A DNA stretch of 64,000 nucleotides from Acidimicrobiia bacterium (GTDB taxonomy: Bacteria; Actinomycetota; Acidimicrobiia; IMCC26256; JADLDD01). Below are positions 1-10,083 of the stretch, piece by piece (the first letter of the stretch is position 1; every line of letters begins with the position of its first letter). The DNA is taken from assembly GCA_020846855.1 (NCBI GenBank), contig JADLDD010000013.1, positions 1,530 to 65,529 on the forward strand, in the 5' to 3' direction. The notes below the pieces were generated by a model that had not been told where the DNA came from, did no database searches, and saw only the letters and a program-made list of their open reading frames with translations. The translations under genes were made by a program, and so were the position numbers.

Positions 1-1711
1 GGCCGGCCGGGCCCGGCTCGGTGGCCGCCGGGCGGGAGAGGAGCTCACGGAACAACGGGTCGCCGCGGAAGTGGTATCGGTGGCGATCGTCGGGCTTCAT
101 GTGCTCGGCCGGGGTGACCACCATCGCCTTGCGGTCGTCGCGGCGGGGGGGTCCGAGGAGGGAGACGCCGTCGATCTTCCAGGGGATCTTCACGCCGAGG
201 AGCTCGGCGACGGTCGGCAGCACGTCGATCGTCTGGGCGTTGCGGTCGTCGACCCGTCCCGCGGCCAGGCCCGGGGCCTTCACGATCAGGGGCGTGAAGG
301 CGACGTCGATCAGGTTGTTCTTGTCGAGGGCCCGGTTGAGCTGCCCATCGCCGAAACCCGCTCCGTGGTCGGCGGTGACCACCACGACGGCGTCGTCGTA
401 GGTGCCGTTGGAGCGGAGCCGCTCGAGGATCTCGCCCAGGTAGCGGTCGGCGAGCCGGAGTTGAAGCAGGTGCCGCTGCCGGGCGATGCGCCCGGCGTCG
501 GCGCTCGACCACCCGTAGTAGATCATCCCGTCGTTGCCGGACTCGTAGACCTTCTCGTCGGGCAGGAACTCCCAGGGCTGGTGGGGCAGCAGGATGTGGG
601 CGAAGTCGAGCCGGGGGCCGCGCGTGGCGGCTACGCCGTCGAGGAACTCGTGGAACGCGGGGATCCGGCGGGTGTCGACCGGATTGCCGCCGATCGAGAA
701 CCCCTTGGGGGCCTTGCTCGCCCGGCGGGCGTACTCGGGCCAGATGGAGCGGGCGTCCCCGAAGAGCGACCGGAGCTGCGTACCCAGGGAGTTGTCCTGC
801 GCGGGGGAGCACAGCGACGTCGGGCAGACGTGGGTGACCCGTTCGGACACGTGCATCGGGAAGCGGTCGCCGAGGAGGGTGAAGATGCTCTCGGGGTAGT
901 TCGACGACACCGGGACCGTGTAGGGCGCCGTGGCGTACCGGCCCGTCATGATCGCGGGCACCGCGTTCTGGGTGATCGTCCCCACCGTGGTGTTGTTGCG
1001 GAACCAGGTCGCGTCGCGCGCGAGCGCGGCGAAGTTCGGGAACAGCCCGGCGTCGATCCCTCCGTGGCCGTCGAGCAGGGACGCGGTGGGGAGCTCGTCG
1101 AACACCAGCCAGACGACGGGTCGGCCCGTCCGGACCTCGGCGGCGCGCGCGCTCGAGGTCCCGAAGATGCGGGCGACCGGCGACGCCACCACGAACAGCG
1201 CCACGAAGACGGGCGCGGAGATCGCCGCGAAGTGGAGGAACGAGCGGAACGGCGGCGCGAACCAGAACAGGGCGACCAACGCGGCGCCGGCGACGAGGGC
1301 GAGCCCCCAGATCGCGCTCCGGCTCAGCGCGAAGGTCCGGGCCAGCTCGCCCCTCGTGAACAGGGCGGTGAGGCCACCGAGGACCGCGGCCTGCGCGAGC
1401 CGGCGCGGGGTGGCCCCGAGGAGCCGGGTCGTGGTGGCCGCGGCCCACAGGGCGAGCGGAGGCAGCAGCGCCACCCCGAGGGCGAACAGGAGCACCGTCG
1501 CCCGGCCCGCGCCTTGGGCCAGGAAGGTCTGTGGGTCGTTGCCGAAGATCTGGAGGATCGGGCGCGCGAAGGTGAACGAGCAGAGGGCCAGGATCTCGAT
1601 GAAGTAGACGCCCTCGGCCCGGGCCCAGTCCGGGAGCCCGCGGCGCGGCGCGGCCGCGGCCGGAGGGGGGGTGTCCCCGGGGTCGGGTGGACCTGGGGCC
1701 GGGCCGTTCAC
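1..1711 (-). CDS. Membrane-anchored alkaline-phosphatase-superfamily (sulfatase-like/LtaS-like) transferase, 3' end truncated by window edge; paralog of 1854..3908
   Basis: Absent from the ORF track because it runs off the edge. Read manually from GTG 1711: WARAEGVYFIEILALCSFTFARPILQIFGNDP, several TM segments, VFDELPTASLLD, RNNTTVGTITQNAVPAIMTG, HILLPHQP, VVTADHG. Frame stays open to position 2. Confidence 0.85.
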   Translation of the reverse strand, partial: MNGPAPGPPDPGDTPPPAAAAPRRGLPDWARAEGVYFIEILALCSFTFARPILQIFGNDPQTFLAQGAGRATVLLFALGVALLPPLALWAAATTTRLLGATPRRLAQAAVLGGLTALFTRGELARTFALSRSAIWGLALVAGAALVALFWFAPPFRSFLHFAAISAPVFVALFVVASPVARIFGTSSARAAEVRTGRPVVWLVFDELPTASLLDGHGGIDAGLFPNFAALARDATWFRNNTTVGTITQNAVPAIMTGRYATAPYTVPVSSNYPESIFTLLGDRFPMHVSERVTHVCPTSLCSPAQDNSLGTQLRSLFGDARSIWPEYARRASKAPKGFSIGGNPVDTRRIPAFHEFLDGVAATRGPRLDFAHILLPHQPWEFLPDEKVYESGNDGMIYYGWSSADAGRIARQRHLLQLRLADRYLGEILERLRSNGTYDDAVVVVTADHGAGFGDGQLNRALDKNNLIDVAFTPLIVKAPGLAAGRVDDRNAQTIDVLPTVAELLGVKIPWKIDGVSLLGPPRRDDRKAMVVTPAEHMKPDDRHRYHFRGDPLFRELLSRPAATEPGPAG

Positions 1712-1853
1712 CGCGGGGCGTCGGGCCGCGGCCACCGACCGGGCGGCCGGACGGGCGCCGCGTGGCGATCGGCGACGGTGCGGGGCATCAAGCCGGCGAC
1801 GTTACCCCACCGCGCCCACCTGCCGGGCCCGCGACGACCGGCGTGGAGGTACG

Positions 1854-3908
1854 TCAACGGGCCTCGATCGCGTGGAGTGTGGGGCGGGCAACGGTGCCGG
1901 TGATCTCGTAGAGGCGGACGTCGTTGCGGCCCGGCCGGAGGAGCTCCTCGGGCACGATCCCCCAGACGTTCACCAGGTGCGCGGGCTTGATCGAGTGCAT
2001 CCACGCGCCGATGCGGCCGTTCACGGCGATGGCCACGAGCGCTCCCTCGGTCGCGACGTGGGCCCGTACGTACACGGGCGCCCGGTCGGAACCGGGGTCG
2101 TAGACCGGGTGACCGCTCGTCAGCCGGGCTTGGAGGGCGGACGGGGGGCCGGCGGGAAGCGCGGCCACGTCCCGCCCCACCAACGGCCCGAACCGGCCGG
2201 ACCGGAAGATCCGAAGCGTCGCGGGTCCCGGTGGGCCGGCGGCCGGCGACCTCAGGAGCGTCTCGAAGGCGCGGGTGCCGTCGAACGAGTAGATGTGCCC
2301 TCGGTCGGGTCGGATCCGGTCGTGGTCCGTGACGGCCACCCGCTTCGTGGGGAGGAGCCGTCCCGCACCGCCGAGGGAGGTACCGTCGACCCGCCCCGGC
2401 AGGTCCACGCCCAGGATGTCGGCCACGGTGGGGAGGACGTCGATGGTCTGGGCGTTGCGGTCGTGGATCGCGCCCCGGGTCTGCCGGGGGGCCTTGATGA
2501 ACAGCGGGCTGAAGGCGACGTCGGTGAGCGTCTCGCGCGTGAAGCCGCGCATCCTCGCGTGGGCCCGGAACGCCGCCCCGTGGTCGGACGTGACCACGAT
2601 CAGCGTGTCGGCGTAGGCGCCCGTCCGGCGCAGGGCGGCCGTCAGCTCGCCCAGGTAGCGGTCGGCGAGCTGGGCCTGCAACAGGTGGCGCTGGCGCCCG
2701 ATGCGGGCCGCGTCGGGGGTGAGCCACCCGAAGAAGAACCCGTCGCGCTCCTGGTCGTAGCGCTTGCCGTTCGGCAGGTACTCGAGTGGGGTGTGGGGCA
2801 GCACGACGTGGGCGAAGTCGAACGGGGCCGGCCGGCGCGGCCCCGCCGAGACCCGGTCGACGAAGCGGCGGAAGTCCTCGTGGCGGCTGCGCAGCACGAG
2901 GTCGTCGTCGATCTCGAAGGCGTTCCTCCCACCCGCCTCCGGGCCCGACGCGCGGTCGCGCCACACGCGCCAGGCCTGGTTCAGGAGGGCGCGGGTGGTA
3001 TGCGCCACCGACCCCGTGGGTGCCGAACCGCAGACGTCGGCGGGGCAGAGGCGGGTGAGCGGCTCCAGGGCGTTGACCGGGCCGCCGCCCAGGAGGGTGA
3101 ACGCGTTGCTGGGGTACCGGTCGAGGGTCGGCGGGACCTCCCCGTCGGGCGGGTAGAGGCCCGTCAGCAGGGCGGGCACCGCCCACCCGGTGAACGCGCT
3201 GACGGTGGTGTTGTTCCGGTACCAGGTCGCGTCGCGGGCGAGGGCCGCGAAGTGGGGGAAGAGCTGGGCGTCGATCGCTCCCTTGCCGTCGAGCAGGGAT
3301 GCGGTGGGGAGCTCGTCGAAGACGACCCACAGGACGGGCGCGCCGTCGCCGCGCGGTACCGGCGCCGACGACGTGTTGGACGGCCGGAGGAGCGACGCGA
3401 CGGGGGATGCGGCCAGGAACAGGACGAGGAACACGGCGCTACCCGCCGATGCGAAGCGCAGGAACGCCCGGGTCGGGGCGACCCGGAGGTAGAGCGCGGC
3501 GAAGCCGAGCGCGAGCGCGAGGCTCACACCCCAGCCGGCGGGGCGCGGCCAGCCGGTGGCGCGGGTGATCTCGGTGTGGGCGAAGACCAGCAGCCATCCG
3601 CCGAGCACCCCGACCTGGGCCGCGCGGCGGACCGCCGGGCCGGCCGGCCGGGTCAGCGCCGCGGCCGCCCACGAGGCGATGGCGGGCAGGAGGACGACGG
3701 CGAGGGCGAAGGCGACGATCCCGACCCGGCCGGCGCCGGCGGTGATGAACGTGGCCGGGTCGCGGCCGAACACGTCGAGGACGGGCTGGGCGAACGCGAA
3801 GCCGCTGACGGCGAGGATCTCGAGGAAGTAGGAGCCCTCGGTCCGGGCCCACGCGGCCGGCCCGCCCGAGGCGGCATGCTCGGGGGTGGGAGCGTCGACC
3901 GCGGCCAC
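1854..3908 (-). CDS. Membrane-anchored alkaline-phosphatase-superfamily (sulfatase-like/LtaS-like) transferase, 684 aa
   Basis: N-terminal TM helices, then metal-binding motifs VFDE, HVVLPH and TSDHG; putative Thr nucleophile in NNTTVSAFTGWAVP; no CxPxR sulfatase motif. Confidence 0.85.
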   Translation of the reverse strand: MAAVDAPTPEHAASGGPAAWARTEGSYFLEILAVSGFAFAQPVLDVFGRDPATFITAGAGRVGIVAFALAVVLLPAIASWAAAALTRPAGPAVRRAAQVGVLGGWLLVFAHTEITRATGWPRPAGWGVSLALALGFAALYLRVAPTRAFLRFASAGSAVFLVLFLAASPVASLLRPSNTSSAPVPRGDGAPVLWVVFDELPTASLLDGKGAIDAQLFPHFAALARDATWYRNNTTVSAFTGWAVPALLTGLYPPDGEVPPTLDRYPSNAFTLLGGGPVNALEPLTRLCPADVCGSAPTGSVAHTTRALLNQAWRVWRDRASGPEAGGRNAFEIDDDLVLRSRHEDFRRFVDRVSAGPRRPAPFDFAHVVLPHTPLEYLPNGKRYDQERDGFFFGWLTPDAARIGRQRHLLQAQLADRYLGELTAALRRTGAYADTLIVVTSDHGAAFRAHARMRGFTRETLTDVAFSPLFIKAPRQTRGAIHDRNAQTIDVLPTVADILGVDLPGRVDGTSLGGAGRLLPTKRVAVTDHDRIRPDRGHIYSFDGTRAFETLLRSPAAGPPGPATLRIFRSGRFGPLVGRDVAALPAGPPSALQARLTSGHPVYDPGSDRAPVYVRAHVATEGALVAIAVNGRIGAWMHSIKPAHLVNVWGIVPEELLRPGRNDVRLYEITGTVARPTLHAIEAR

Positions 3909-3947
3909 GGCAAGGCCCTCAGGAGGGGTCGGGTGCCGTCCGGCCGG

Positions 3948-5336
3948 TCACCGGGGGGTGGCGAGGAACAGCGTGCGGGTGCCGCTCGGGAGGAGCTCGC
4001 GCTTGTCGAGGGAGAACTGCTCGCCCAGGAGCTTCTCGAACGCGTCGAGTCGGTAGTCGTCGAAGAGGCCGGCCGGCTTGTTGGCCAGCAGGCGCTTGGT
4101 CATGGGGTCGTCGCGGTCGACGAACTCCACCACCGCCGGGGCGTCGAAGGAGCGCAGCCAACCCACGACCTCGGGGAGCGGGACGTTGGCCGAGATCGCG
4201 AGGTGGTGGACCAGGGCCAGGCTGAACACGAGGTCGGGCCGGACCCGCTCGGGGAACGGGGCCCGCTCCCGGTTCCGCCAGCCGATGCCGGGCGAGGGAT
4301 CGACGAGGTCCATCACCAGCGGCAGCACGTTCCCCGGCCCGCCGGCGAGGAGGCGCCGGGCGAACGCGTCGATGGTGGGCTCGTCGGCGTCGACGGCGAT
4401 CACCTGCTGCGCGTGGCGGGCGGCGATGAGCGAGTACTCGCCGTCGTTGGCCCCGAGGTCGAGGACGGTCCCGGGAGCCATGGCCCCGGCCACGCCGTCG
4501 ACGAAGGCCTGCTTGGCCGACGCGTCGGCGTCGGAGTAGGAGCAGGTCTCGCGGTAGTCGGACCAGGTGGAGCCGCGCTTCTTGACGTCGAGCTTGTGGA
4601 CGAGCTTCAGGAGCTTGCCGGCGGTCGCCTTGGCCAGCTCGAGGCCGAACCCGGCCTGCTTGAGCTGGGACTTGACCTGTTCGGTGCTGGTGGTCACCTT
4701 CTTCTCGAGCACCGAGTGCAGGTAGACGTTGCGGAAGACGCCCTTCTTGAAGCGGCGGAGACCGCCGAACATCCCCCGCACGTCGCCGGGCTCCAGGCCG
4801 TTGACGCTGCCTCGTAGGTAGCTCTGGTAGGCGATGCCCAGGTGGGCCTGAATCATCAGGGGGAATAGGAGCGTCTGGCAGAACTGGCGGTAGCCGGGCC
4901 ACGGCCCCTTCGCGGGTTCGAACGAGCCGAGGTCGATGAAGGTGGGGGCGACCCCCCGGAACTGGACGTTGTAGGCGTAGCCGTCCTTCATCGAGATCCC
5001 CTCGCCCAGCGCGGCGAGGAGGACCTCGAGGTGCAGGACGGCCGCCTGCTTGAGGAGCGCGAAGGGCCACTCGAACGGGTAGCTGATGACGGGGATCCGC
5101 TCGTGCTCGATCACCGCGGCCCACGGAGCGCCACGGGGTGAGAGCGGGGCGCCACCCTCGAACGGGGTGGTGCGGACCACCTTGCCCGCGGCGACGAGTT
5201 CCCCGAGGAACTTGGTGGCCGCCAAGCGGTCCCAGTCGGCCTTGCCCTGCTCGGACAGGCCGCGCAGCACCCGGCCGTCCTGGTAGAAGACCGCGGTGTC
5301 GGGGTCGCGGAACGACGCCGGCTCGGCGGTGGTCAT
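3948..5336 (-). CDS. Kinase-like + class I SAM-dependent methyltransferase fusion (NoeA-like), 462 aa
   Basis: N-terminal SFRDP and ISYPFEW; MKDGYAYNV and FIDLGSF resemble the catalytic loop and DFG motif; C-terminal VLDLGANDG (SAM motif I), VIAVDAD, LALVHHL. Confidence 0.8.
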   Translation of the reverse strand: MTTAEPASFRDPDTAVFYQDGRVLRGLSEQGKADWDRLAATKFLGELVAAGKVVRTTPFEGGAPLSPRGAPWAAVIEHERIPVISYPFEWPFALLKQAAVLHLEVLLAALGEGISMKDGYAYNVQFRGVAPTFIDLGSFEPAKGPWPGYRQFCQTLLFPLMIQAHLGIAYQSYLRGSVNGLEPGDVRGMFGGLRRFKKGVFRNVYLHSVLEKKVTTSTEQVKSQLKQAGFGLELAKATAGKLLKLVHKLDVKKRGSTWSDYRETCSYSDADASAKQAFVDGVAGAMAPGTVLDLGANDGEYSLIAARHAQQVIAVDADEPTIDAFARRLLAGGPGNVLPLVMDLVDPSPGIGWRNRERAPFPERVRPDLVFSLALVHHLAISANVPLPEVVGWLRSFDAPAVVEFVDRDDPMTKRLLANKPAGLFDDYRLDAFEKLLGEQFSLDKRELLPSGTRTLFLATPR

Positions 5337-5355
5337 GCGGGGGAGGCTCCCGGGC

Positions 5356-5583
5356 TCAGGTGGTGGGCGAGGTGCCGGCGTCGGCGAGGTTGTCGGTGCC
5401 CTCCTCGGCGGCCGCGAGGGCTTCCTTCTCGGCCCGGTACTCCGCCCGGGCCTTGGAGGAGAAGAGCATCTTGACGCGGCGGAGGCCCATGCGGAAGAAG
5501 ACGGCGACGGCCGCGAACCCGGCGACGGCCGCCGAGGCGACGATGCTCCCGGTGCCGGCGTCGAGGTAACCGAGTACTCGCAT
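5356..5583 (-). CDS. Small single-TM protein with YLDAGTGS motif, 75 aa
   Basis: Start re-called to ATG 5583: MRVLGYLDAGTGSIVASAAVAGFAAVAVFFRMGLRR. Motif followed by a hydrophobic helix and basic residues; first gene of the co-directional cluster. Confidence 0.75.
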   Translation of the reverse strand: MRVLGYLDAGTGSIVASAAVAGFAAVAVFFRMGLRRVKMLFSSKARAEYRAEKEALAAAEEGTDNLADAGTSPTT

Positions 5584-5753
5584 GGGCGGGGCCCCCTGGG
5601 TGGTCGGGCCGTGCGTCCGGCACGGCCGTCTACCGGATGTCAGATCTCCAAGTGTACCGAGCCGGCACGGCGGCGAACACGACGGCCCCCGGCGCCCGGC
5701 GCCCACACACTATCGCGCCGGCCCCCGGGAACCGGGACCGGCGGGGGTCGGGC

Positions 5754-6731
5754 TCACCCCAGCACCTCGGGGTTCACCAGGTGCTCGGGCCGGTCGCCCG
5801 CCAGGAGCCGGGCCAGGTCGCCGGCGATGACGCGGGAGTGGTTGGCCTCGGTGTCGTAGGTGGCGCCGCCGATGTGGGGGGTGAGGACCACCTGCGGCAT
5901 CGAGCAGAGCGGGTGGCCGGGATCGAGGTGCTCGCCCGGGAAGTGGTCGAGGCCCGCCCCGCCCAGGTGGCCCGAACCCAGCGCGTCGACGAGGGCGTCC
6001 ATGTCGTGGAGCGCGGCCCGGGCCGAGTTGAGGAACACGGCCCCCGGCTTCATCCGGGCGAACCGCGCCGCGGAGATGAGCCCGGTCGTCTCCGGGGTGA
6101 CGGCGGCGTGGAGCGACACGACGTCGGCCTCGGCGAGGAGGTCGTCGAGGCCGTGGGTGGCGTCGGCGGCGTACGGATCGGCGGTGATGACCCGCATGCC
6201 GAGGGCCTGGAGGCGCCACGAGAGGGCCCGCCCCACCGCGCCGAGGCCCACGATCCCGGCCGTGCGGCCCGTGAGCTCCCAGGCCCGGAAGCGCTGGTAG
6301 GGGATGGTCCCGTCGCGGTAGATCTCGCCGGCGCGCACCTCGGCGTCGGCCCGCACGATCCCGCGGGTGACGGCGAGGAGCAGTCCGAGCGTCAGCTCGG
6401 CGACCGCGTCGGCGTTGCGCCCCGGGGCGTGGAGCACGGGTATCCCGGCCGCGGTGGCCGCTGCCACGTCGACGTTGTCGGGGGCGCCGCGGCACGACGC
6501 CACCGCCCTCAGGGGCCGCTCGAGCACAGGGCCGGCCACGACGTCGGCCTCGACCACCAGGAGCGTGGCTCCCTCCGCGTCGATCCGGGCCGCGAGCCCG
6601 TCGGCGTCGTAGATGCGGAGCGGCCGCGCGTCGATCCACGGATCGAGCACCACCTCGGCGATCCCCCGGAGCGTCTCTAGCCCGGGGCCCCGGAACGGGG
6701 CCGTGACCAGCGCGGTCGGCCTGTCGGCCAT
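5754..6731 (-). CDS. D-isomer-specific 2-hydroxyacid dehydrogenase (SerA-like NAD-binding), 325 aa
   Basis: Start ATG 6731 (MADRPTAL) with GGAGG RBS; motifs GIVGLGAVG, LNSARA, VLTPHIGG. Confidence 0.9.
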   Translation of the reverse strand: MADRPTALVTAPFRGPGLETLRGIAEVVLDPWIDARPLRIYDADGLAARIDAEGATLLVVEADVVAGPVLERPLRAVASCRGAPDNVDVAAATAAGIPVLHAPGRNADAVAELTLGLLLAVTRGIVRADAEVRAGEIYRDGTIPYQRFRAWELTGRTAGIVGLGAVGRALSWRLQALGMRVITADPYAADATHGLDDLLAEADVVSLHAAVTPETTGLISAARFARMKPGAVFLNSARAALHDMDALVDALGSGHLGGAGLDHFPGEHLDPGHPLCSMPQVVLTPHIGGATYDTEANHSRVIAGDLARLLAGDRPEHLVNPEVLG

Positions 6732-6750
6732 CGAACCTCCCTGTGTCGGG

Positions 6751-8259
6751 TCAGGGCGCGCCCGCGGGCGGGGTCGCCCCGGCGGCCTTGGTCGGGTGGC
6801 CCGCCACCCGCGCGAGCGGGGTGGCGGTGCCGGCCGCGCCGAGCACCTCGATGTGCCCGGCGTCGACGCGAGACGGATGGTCGGCACCGCAGGCGCGGCT
6901 GAGCCACAGCAGCTCGCGGCGTAGGCCGATGAGGTAGTGCGCGGCCCGCACCGACTTCAGGGTCGGGTCGAGGCCGCGCTGGCGCCACCGGGAGTTGGTG
7001 GTCACCCCGGTCGGGCAGCGGTTGGTGTGGCAGCGCATGGCCTGGATGCACCCGATCGAGAGCATCGCCTCCCTCCCCACGTTGACGGCGTCGCAGCCCA
7101 GGGCGAACGCGGCCAGCGCACGCTCGGGCAGCCCGAGGCGTCCCGAGCCGACGAAGACCACGTCTCCGGCGACGCCGGCCTCCTCGAAGGCCCGGTACAC
7201 GCGGGGGAACCCGACCATGAACGGGAGGCCGACGTGGTCGGTGAAGGCCAGCGGTCCCGCTCCCGTACCGCCCTCGCCGCCGTCGACGGTCACGAAGTCG
7301 ACGCCCCGATCGCCGCCGGCCATCAGGCGGGCCAGCTCGACGAAGAGCGCGCCGTTCCCTATCGCCGACTTGATGCCGACGGGCAGGCCCGTGCGCTCGG
7401 CCAGGAGCTCCACGAAGTCGAGCATGGAGTCGGCGTCGGTGAACGCCCGGTGCGACGCGGGGCTGATGCAGTCGACGCCGGGCGGTACGCCTCGCCACTC
7501 GGCGATCTCCGGCGTCACCTTGGCGGCCGGGAGGATGCCGCCGAGGCCGGCCTTGGCGCCCTGGCTGAGCTTGATCTCCACGGCGCGGACGGGGTGGGCG
7601 GCCACGACGTCGCAGAACCGCGAGAGGTCGAAACGGCCGTGGGAGTCGCGGCACCCGAAGTAGCCGGTGCCGATCTGCCAGACCAGTTCCCCGCCGTGGG
7701 CGTGGAACGGCGTCAGCCCGCCCTCACCGGTGGTCTGGAGGCAGCCGGCCAGGGCCGCGCCGCGGTTGAGGGCCTCGACCGCGCGCTCGCCGAGTGAGCC
7801 GTAGCTCATCCCGGAGATGTTCACGACCGAGGGCATGCGGAAGGCGCGGGCCCGACCGCGGGCCCGGCCGAGGACCTTCTGACAGGCGACGGCGTGGTCG
7901 GGGTCGTAGCCCGCGTCGCCCGGGCGGGGCTGCTCGAGCGGGAAGGCGGTCGGCTTGACGATGAGGTGGCCGGGGCTGAGGTCGAGGTCGTTGTCGGTGC
8001 CGAACGACACCGAGGGGTCGACCTGCTTGGCGGTCGTGTAGATCCAGCGGCGCTGGTCGCGGCTGAACGGCCGGTCGCGGTCGTTGTCGGTGATGATGTA
8101 CTGGCGCAGCTCGGGCCCGACCCCCTCGAGCCAGTAGCGCAGGTGGCCGACGACGGGGTAGTTGCGCAGGACCGCGTGCTCGCGCTGGAGGAGGTCGTGC
8201 ACGGCCAGGCCCACCAGCGACGCGGCGATCGCCGCGAGCACCCACACCCACCAGGTCAC
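6751..8259 (-). CDS. FMN-binding glutamate synthase family protein (YerD-like), 502 aa
   Basis: N-terminal [36 protein letters not shown]; 3Fe-4S motif [16 protein letters not shown]. Confidence 0.9.
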   Translation of the reverse strand: MTWWVWVLAAIAASLVGLAVHDLLQREHAVLRNYPVVGHLRYWLEGVGPELRQYIITDNDRDRPFSRDQRRWIYTTAKQVDPSVSFGTDNDLDLSPGHLIVKPTAFPLEQPRPGDAGYDPDHAVACQKVLGRARGRARAFRMPSVVNISGMSYGSLGERAVEALNRGAALAGCLQTTGEGGLTPFHAHGGELVWQIGTGYFGCRDSHGRFDLSRFCDVVAAHPVRAVEIKLSQGAKAGLGGILPAAKVTPEIAEWRGVPPGVDCISPASHRAFTDADSMLDFVELLAERTGLPVGIKSAIGNGALFVELARLMAGGDRGVDFVTVDGGEGGTGAGPLAFTDHVGLPFMVGFPRVYRAFEEAGVAGDVVFVGSGRLGLPERALAAFALGCDAVNVGREAMLSIGCIQAMRCHTNRCPTGVTTNSRWRQRGLDPTLKSVRAAHYLIGLRRELLWLSRACGADHPSRVDAGHIEVLGAAGTATPLARVAGHPTKAAGATPPAGAP

Positions 8260-8384
8260 GGGCGGAGTCTAGGAACCGTCCCGCTCCGGGCGTTCCCATG
8301 GCGCGACCCGGGTGTCGGGCGCGGACGGAGCGGCGGTCGGGCCGAGGGCCTCCGCCCGCCGGTTTCCGAGGCGGGAGCGCCCCC

Positions 8385-8413
8385 TTGCTGGAAACAACAG
8401 ATGTTGATAAGCT
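8385..8413 (+). promoter_or_regulatory. Sigma70-type promoter of the Fur/PerR gene with an inverted repeat in the spacer
   Basis: TTGCTG (8385-8390)-N17-TAAGCT (8408-8413); CAACA-GA-TGTTG at 8395-8406; AT-rich patch in a GC-rich context. Confidence 0.6.
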
Positions 8414-8422
8414 CGCCGTGTC

Positions 8423-8857
8423 ATGAAGGGCACGGCCGAGCTGACGACGATGTTCCGGGAGCGGGGCCTGCGGGTCACCCCTCAGCGCCAGGCCGTCTTC
8501 GGCCTGCTCCAGGGCAACCGCTCGCACCCGACCGTCGACGCCCTCTACGACGCCGCCCGCCGCTCGATGCCCACGATCTCGAGGCGGACCGTGTACCAGA
8601 CGGTCCACGATCTCGAGGCCATGGGCGAGGTTGAGCTGCTCGACGTCGGTACAGGCAGCCTCCGGGTCGACCCGAACGTCGAGACCGAGCACCATCACCT
8701 CGTGTGCCGCGCCTGCGGAGAGGTCCGCGACGTCGTCGCCGCCGACCGCCCGCCGGCGCCGTCGCGGGCCGAGGCGGGGTTCACCGTCACCTCCGTCGAC
8801 GTGATCTTCCGCGGCATCTGCGAGCGCTGCTCGCGGTCGGCGCGCCGGCGCCGCTAA
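8423..8857 (+). CDS. Fur family transcriptional regulator (PerR/FurA-like), 144 aa
   Basis: [31 protein letters not shown] and GICERC motifs; upstream of rubrerythrin. Confidence 0.92.
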   Translation: MKGTAELTTMFRERGLRVTPQRQAVFGLLQGNRSHPTVDALYDAARRSMPTISRRTVYQTVHDLEAMGEVELLDVGTGSLRVDPNVETEHHHLVCRACGEVRDVVAADRPPAPSRAEAGFTVTSVDVIFRGICERCSRSARRRR

Positions 8858-8935
8858 CCCGACCCTCCCACGACACCGTCCCCGTCCCCCGCTGTTCCCC
8901 GACTCCCGACCCACTGCCACCCACAAGGAGCGACC

Positions 8936-9352
<417 letters not shown>

Positions 9353-9362
9353 GTACCGGCGC

Positions 9363-9396
9363 GCCGGGCCGGGCTCCCACGAGCGCCCGGCCCGGC
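9363..9396 (+). terminator. 12-bp GC-rich intercistronic hairpin after rubrerythrin
   Basis: GCCGGGCCGGGC (9363-9374) / GCCCGGCCCGGC (9385-9396) perfect inverted repeat; no U-tract, so it may be a stabiliser or partial terminator. Confidence 0.45.
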
Positions 9397-9426
9397 CCGC
9401 TCGGCTCCGGACCCGAGGAGGCCGAT

Positions 9427-10014
9427 GTGCGCAAGCTGACCGTGGGCGACATCGCCGACCTGCGGGCCTACGAGCGTGGGCGCGAGGAGTTCCGGCGCCG
9501 CATCATCGACATGAAGAAGCGCCGCCGGGTACGCCTGGGCGAGTACCTGACCGCCGTGTTCGAGAACACCGACACGATGCGGTTCCAGGTCCAGGAGATG
9601 GCCCGGGCCGAGAAGATGATCACCGACGAGGCCATCGCCCACGAGGTCGCGACCTACAACGAGCTCATCCCCGACGACGGCGAGCTCTCGGCCACGCTGC
9701 TCGTCGAGCTCACCAGCGAGGCCCTGCTGCGCGAGTGGTTGCCGAAGCTGGTCGGGATCCAGGACCACGTGGTGGTCGCGGTCGCGGGCGACGACTCGCG
9801 CAGCGAGGACCGGGACCCGTCGCGGCTAACCCGCGAGGACGAGATCACGACCACCGTCCACTACGTGAAGTTCACGCTCACGCCGTCGCAGCGCGCGGCC
9901 TTCGCCGACGGGCCGGTGCACATCAGGGTCGACCATCCCGCGTACGCCGCCGAGGTCGAGCTCGACGCCGCCACCCGCCGCGAGCTGGCCGGCGACCTCG
10001 CCGCCCCGGCCTGA
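9427..10014 (+). CDS. DUF3501 family protein, 195 aa
   Basis: Start re-called to GTG 9427 after [63 protein letters not shown]; typical rubrerythrin neighbour. Confidence 0.85.
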   Translation: MRKLTVGDIADLRAYERGREEFRRRIIDMKKRRRVRLGEYLTAVFENTDTMRFQVQEMARAEKMITDEAIAHEVATYNELIPDDGELSATLLVELTSEALLREWLPKLVGIQDHVVVAVAGDDSRSEDRDPSRLTREDEITTTVHYVKFTLTPSQRAAFADGPVHIRVDHPAYAAEVELDAATRRELAGDLAAPA

Positions 10015-10083
10015 CGAGCGGGAGAGGGTGCCGCCGGCCGCGGTGCGTCGGTGGGTCGGGGACGGCCGGTAGCCTGCGCCCCG

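Noticed and set aside
1671..4817. 1048-aa plus-strand ORF and similar very long ORFs (25990..30180, 39467..43111, 50531..54388, 35095..36924)
   Set aside because: Antisense or off-frame shadows of well-supported genes. The products are Arg/Gly/Pro-rich and motif-free, as expected when stop codons are scarce at this GC content.
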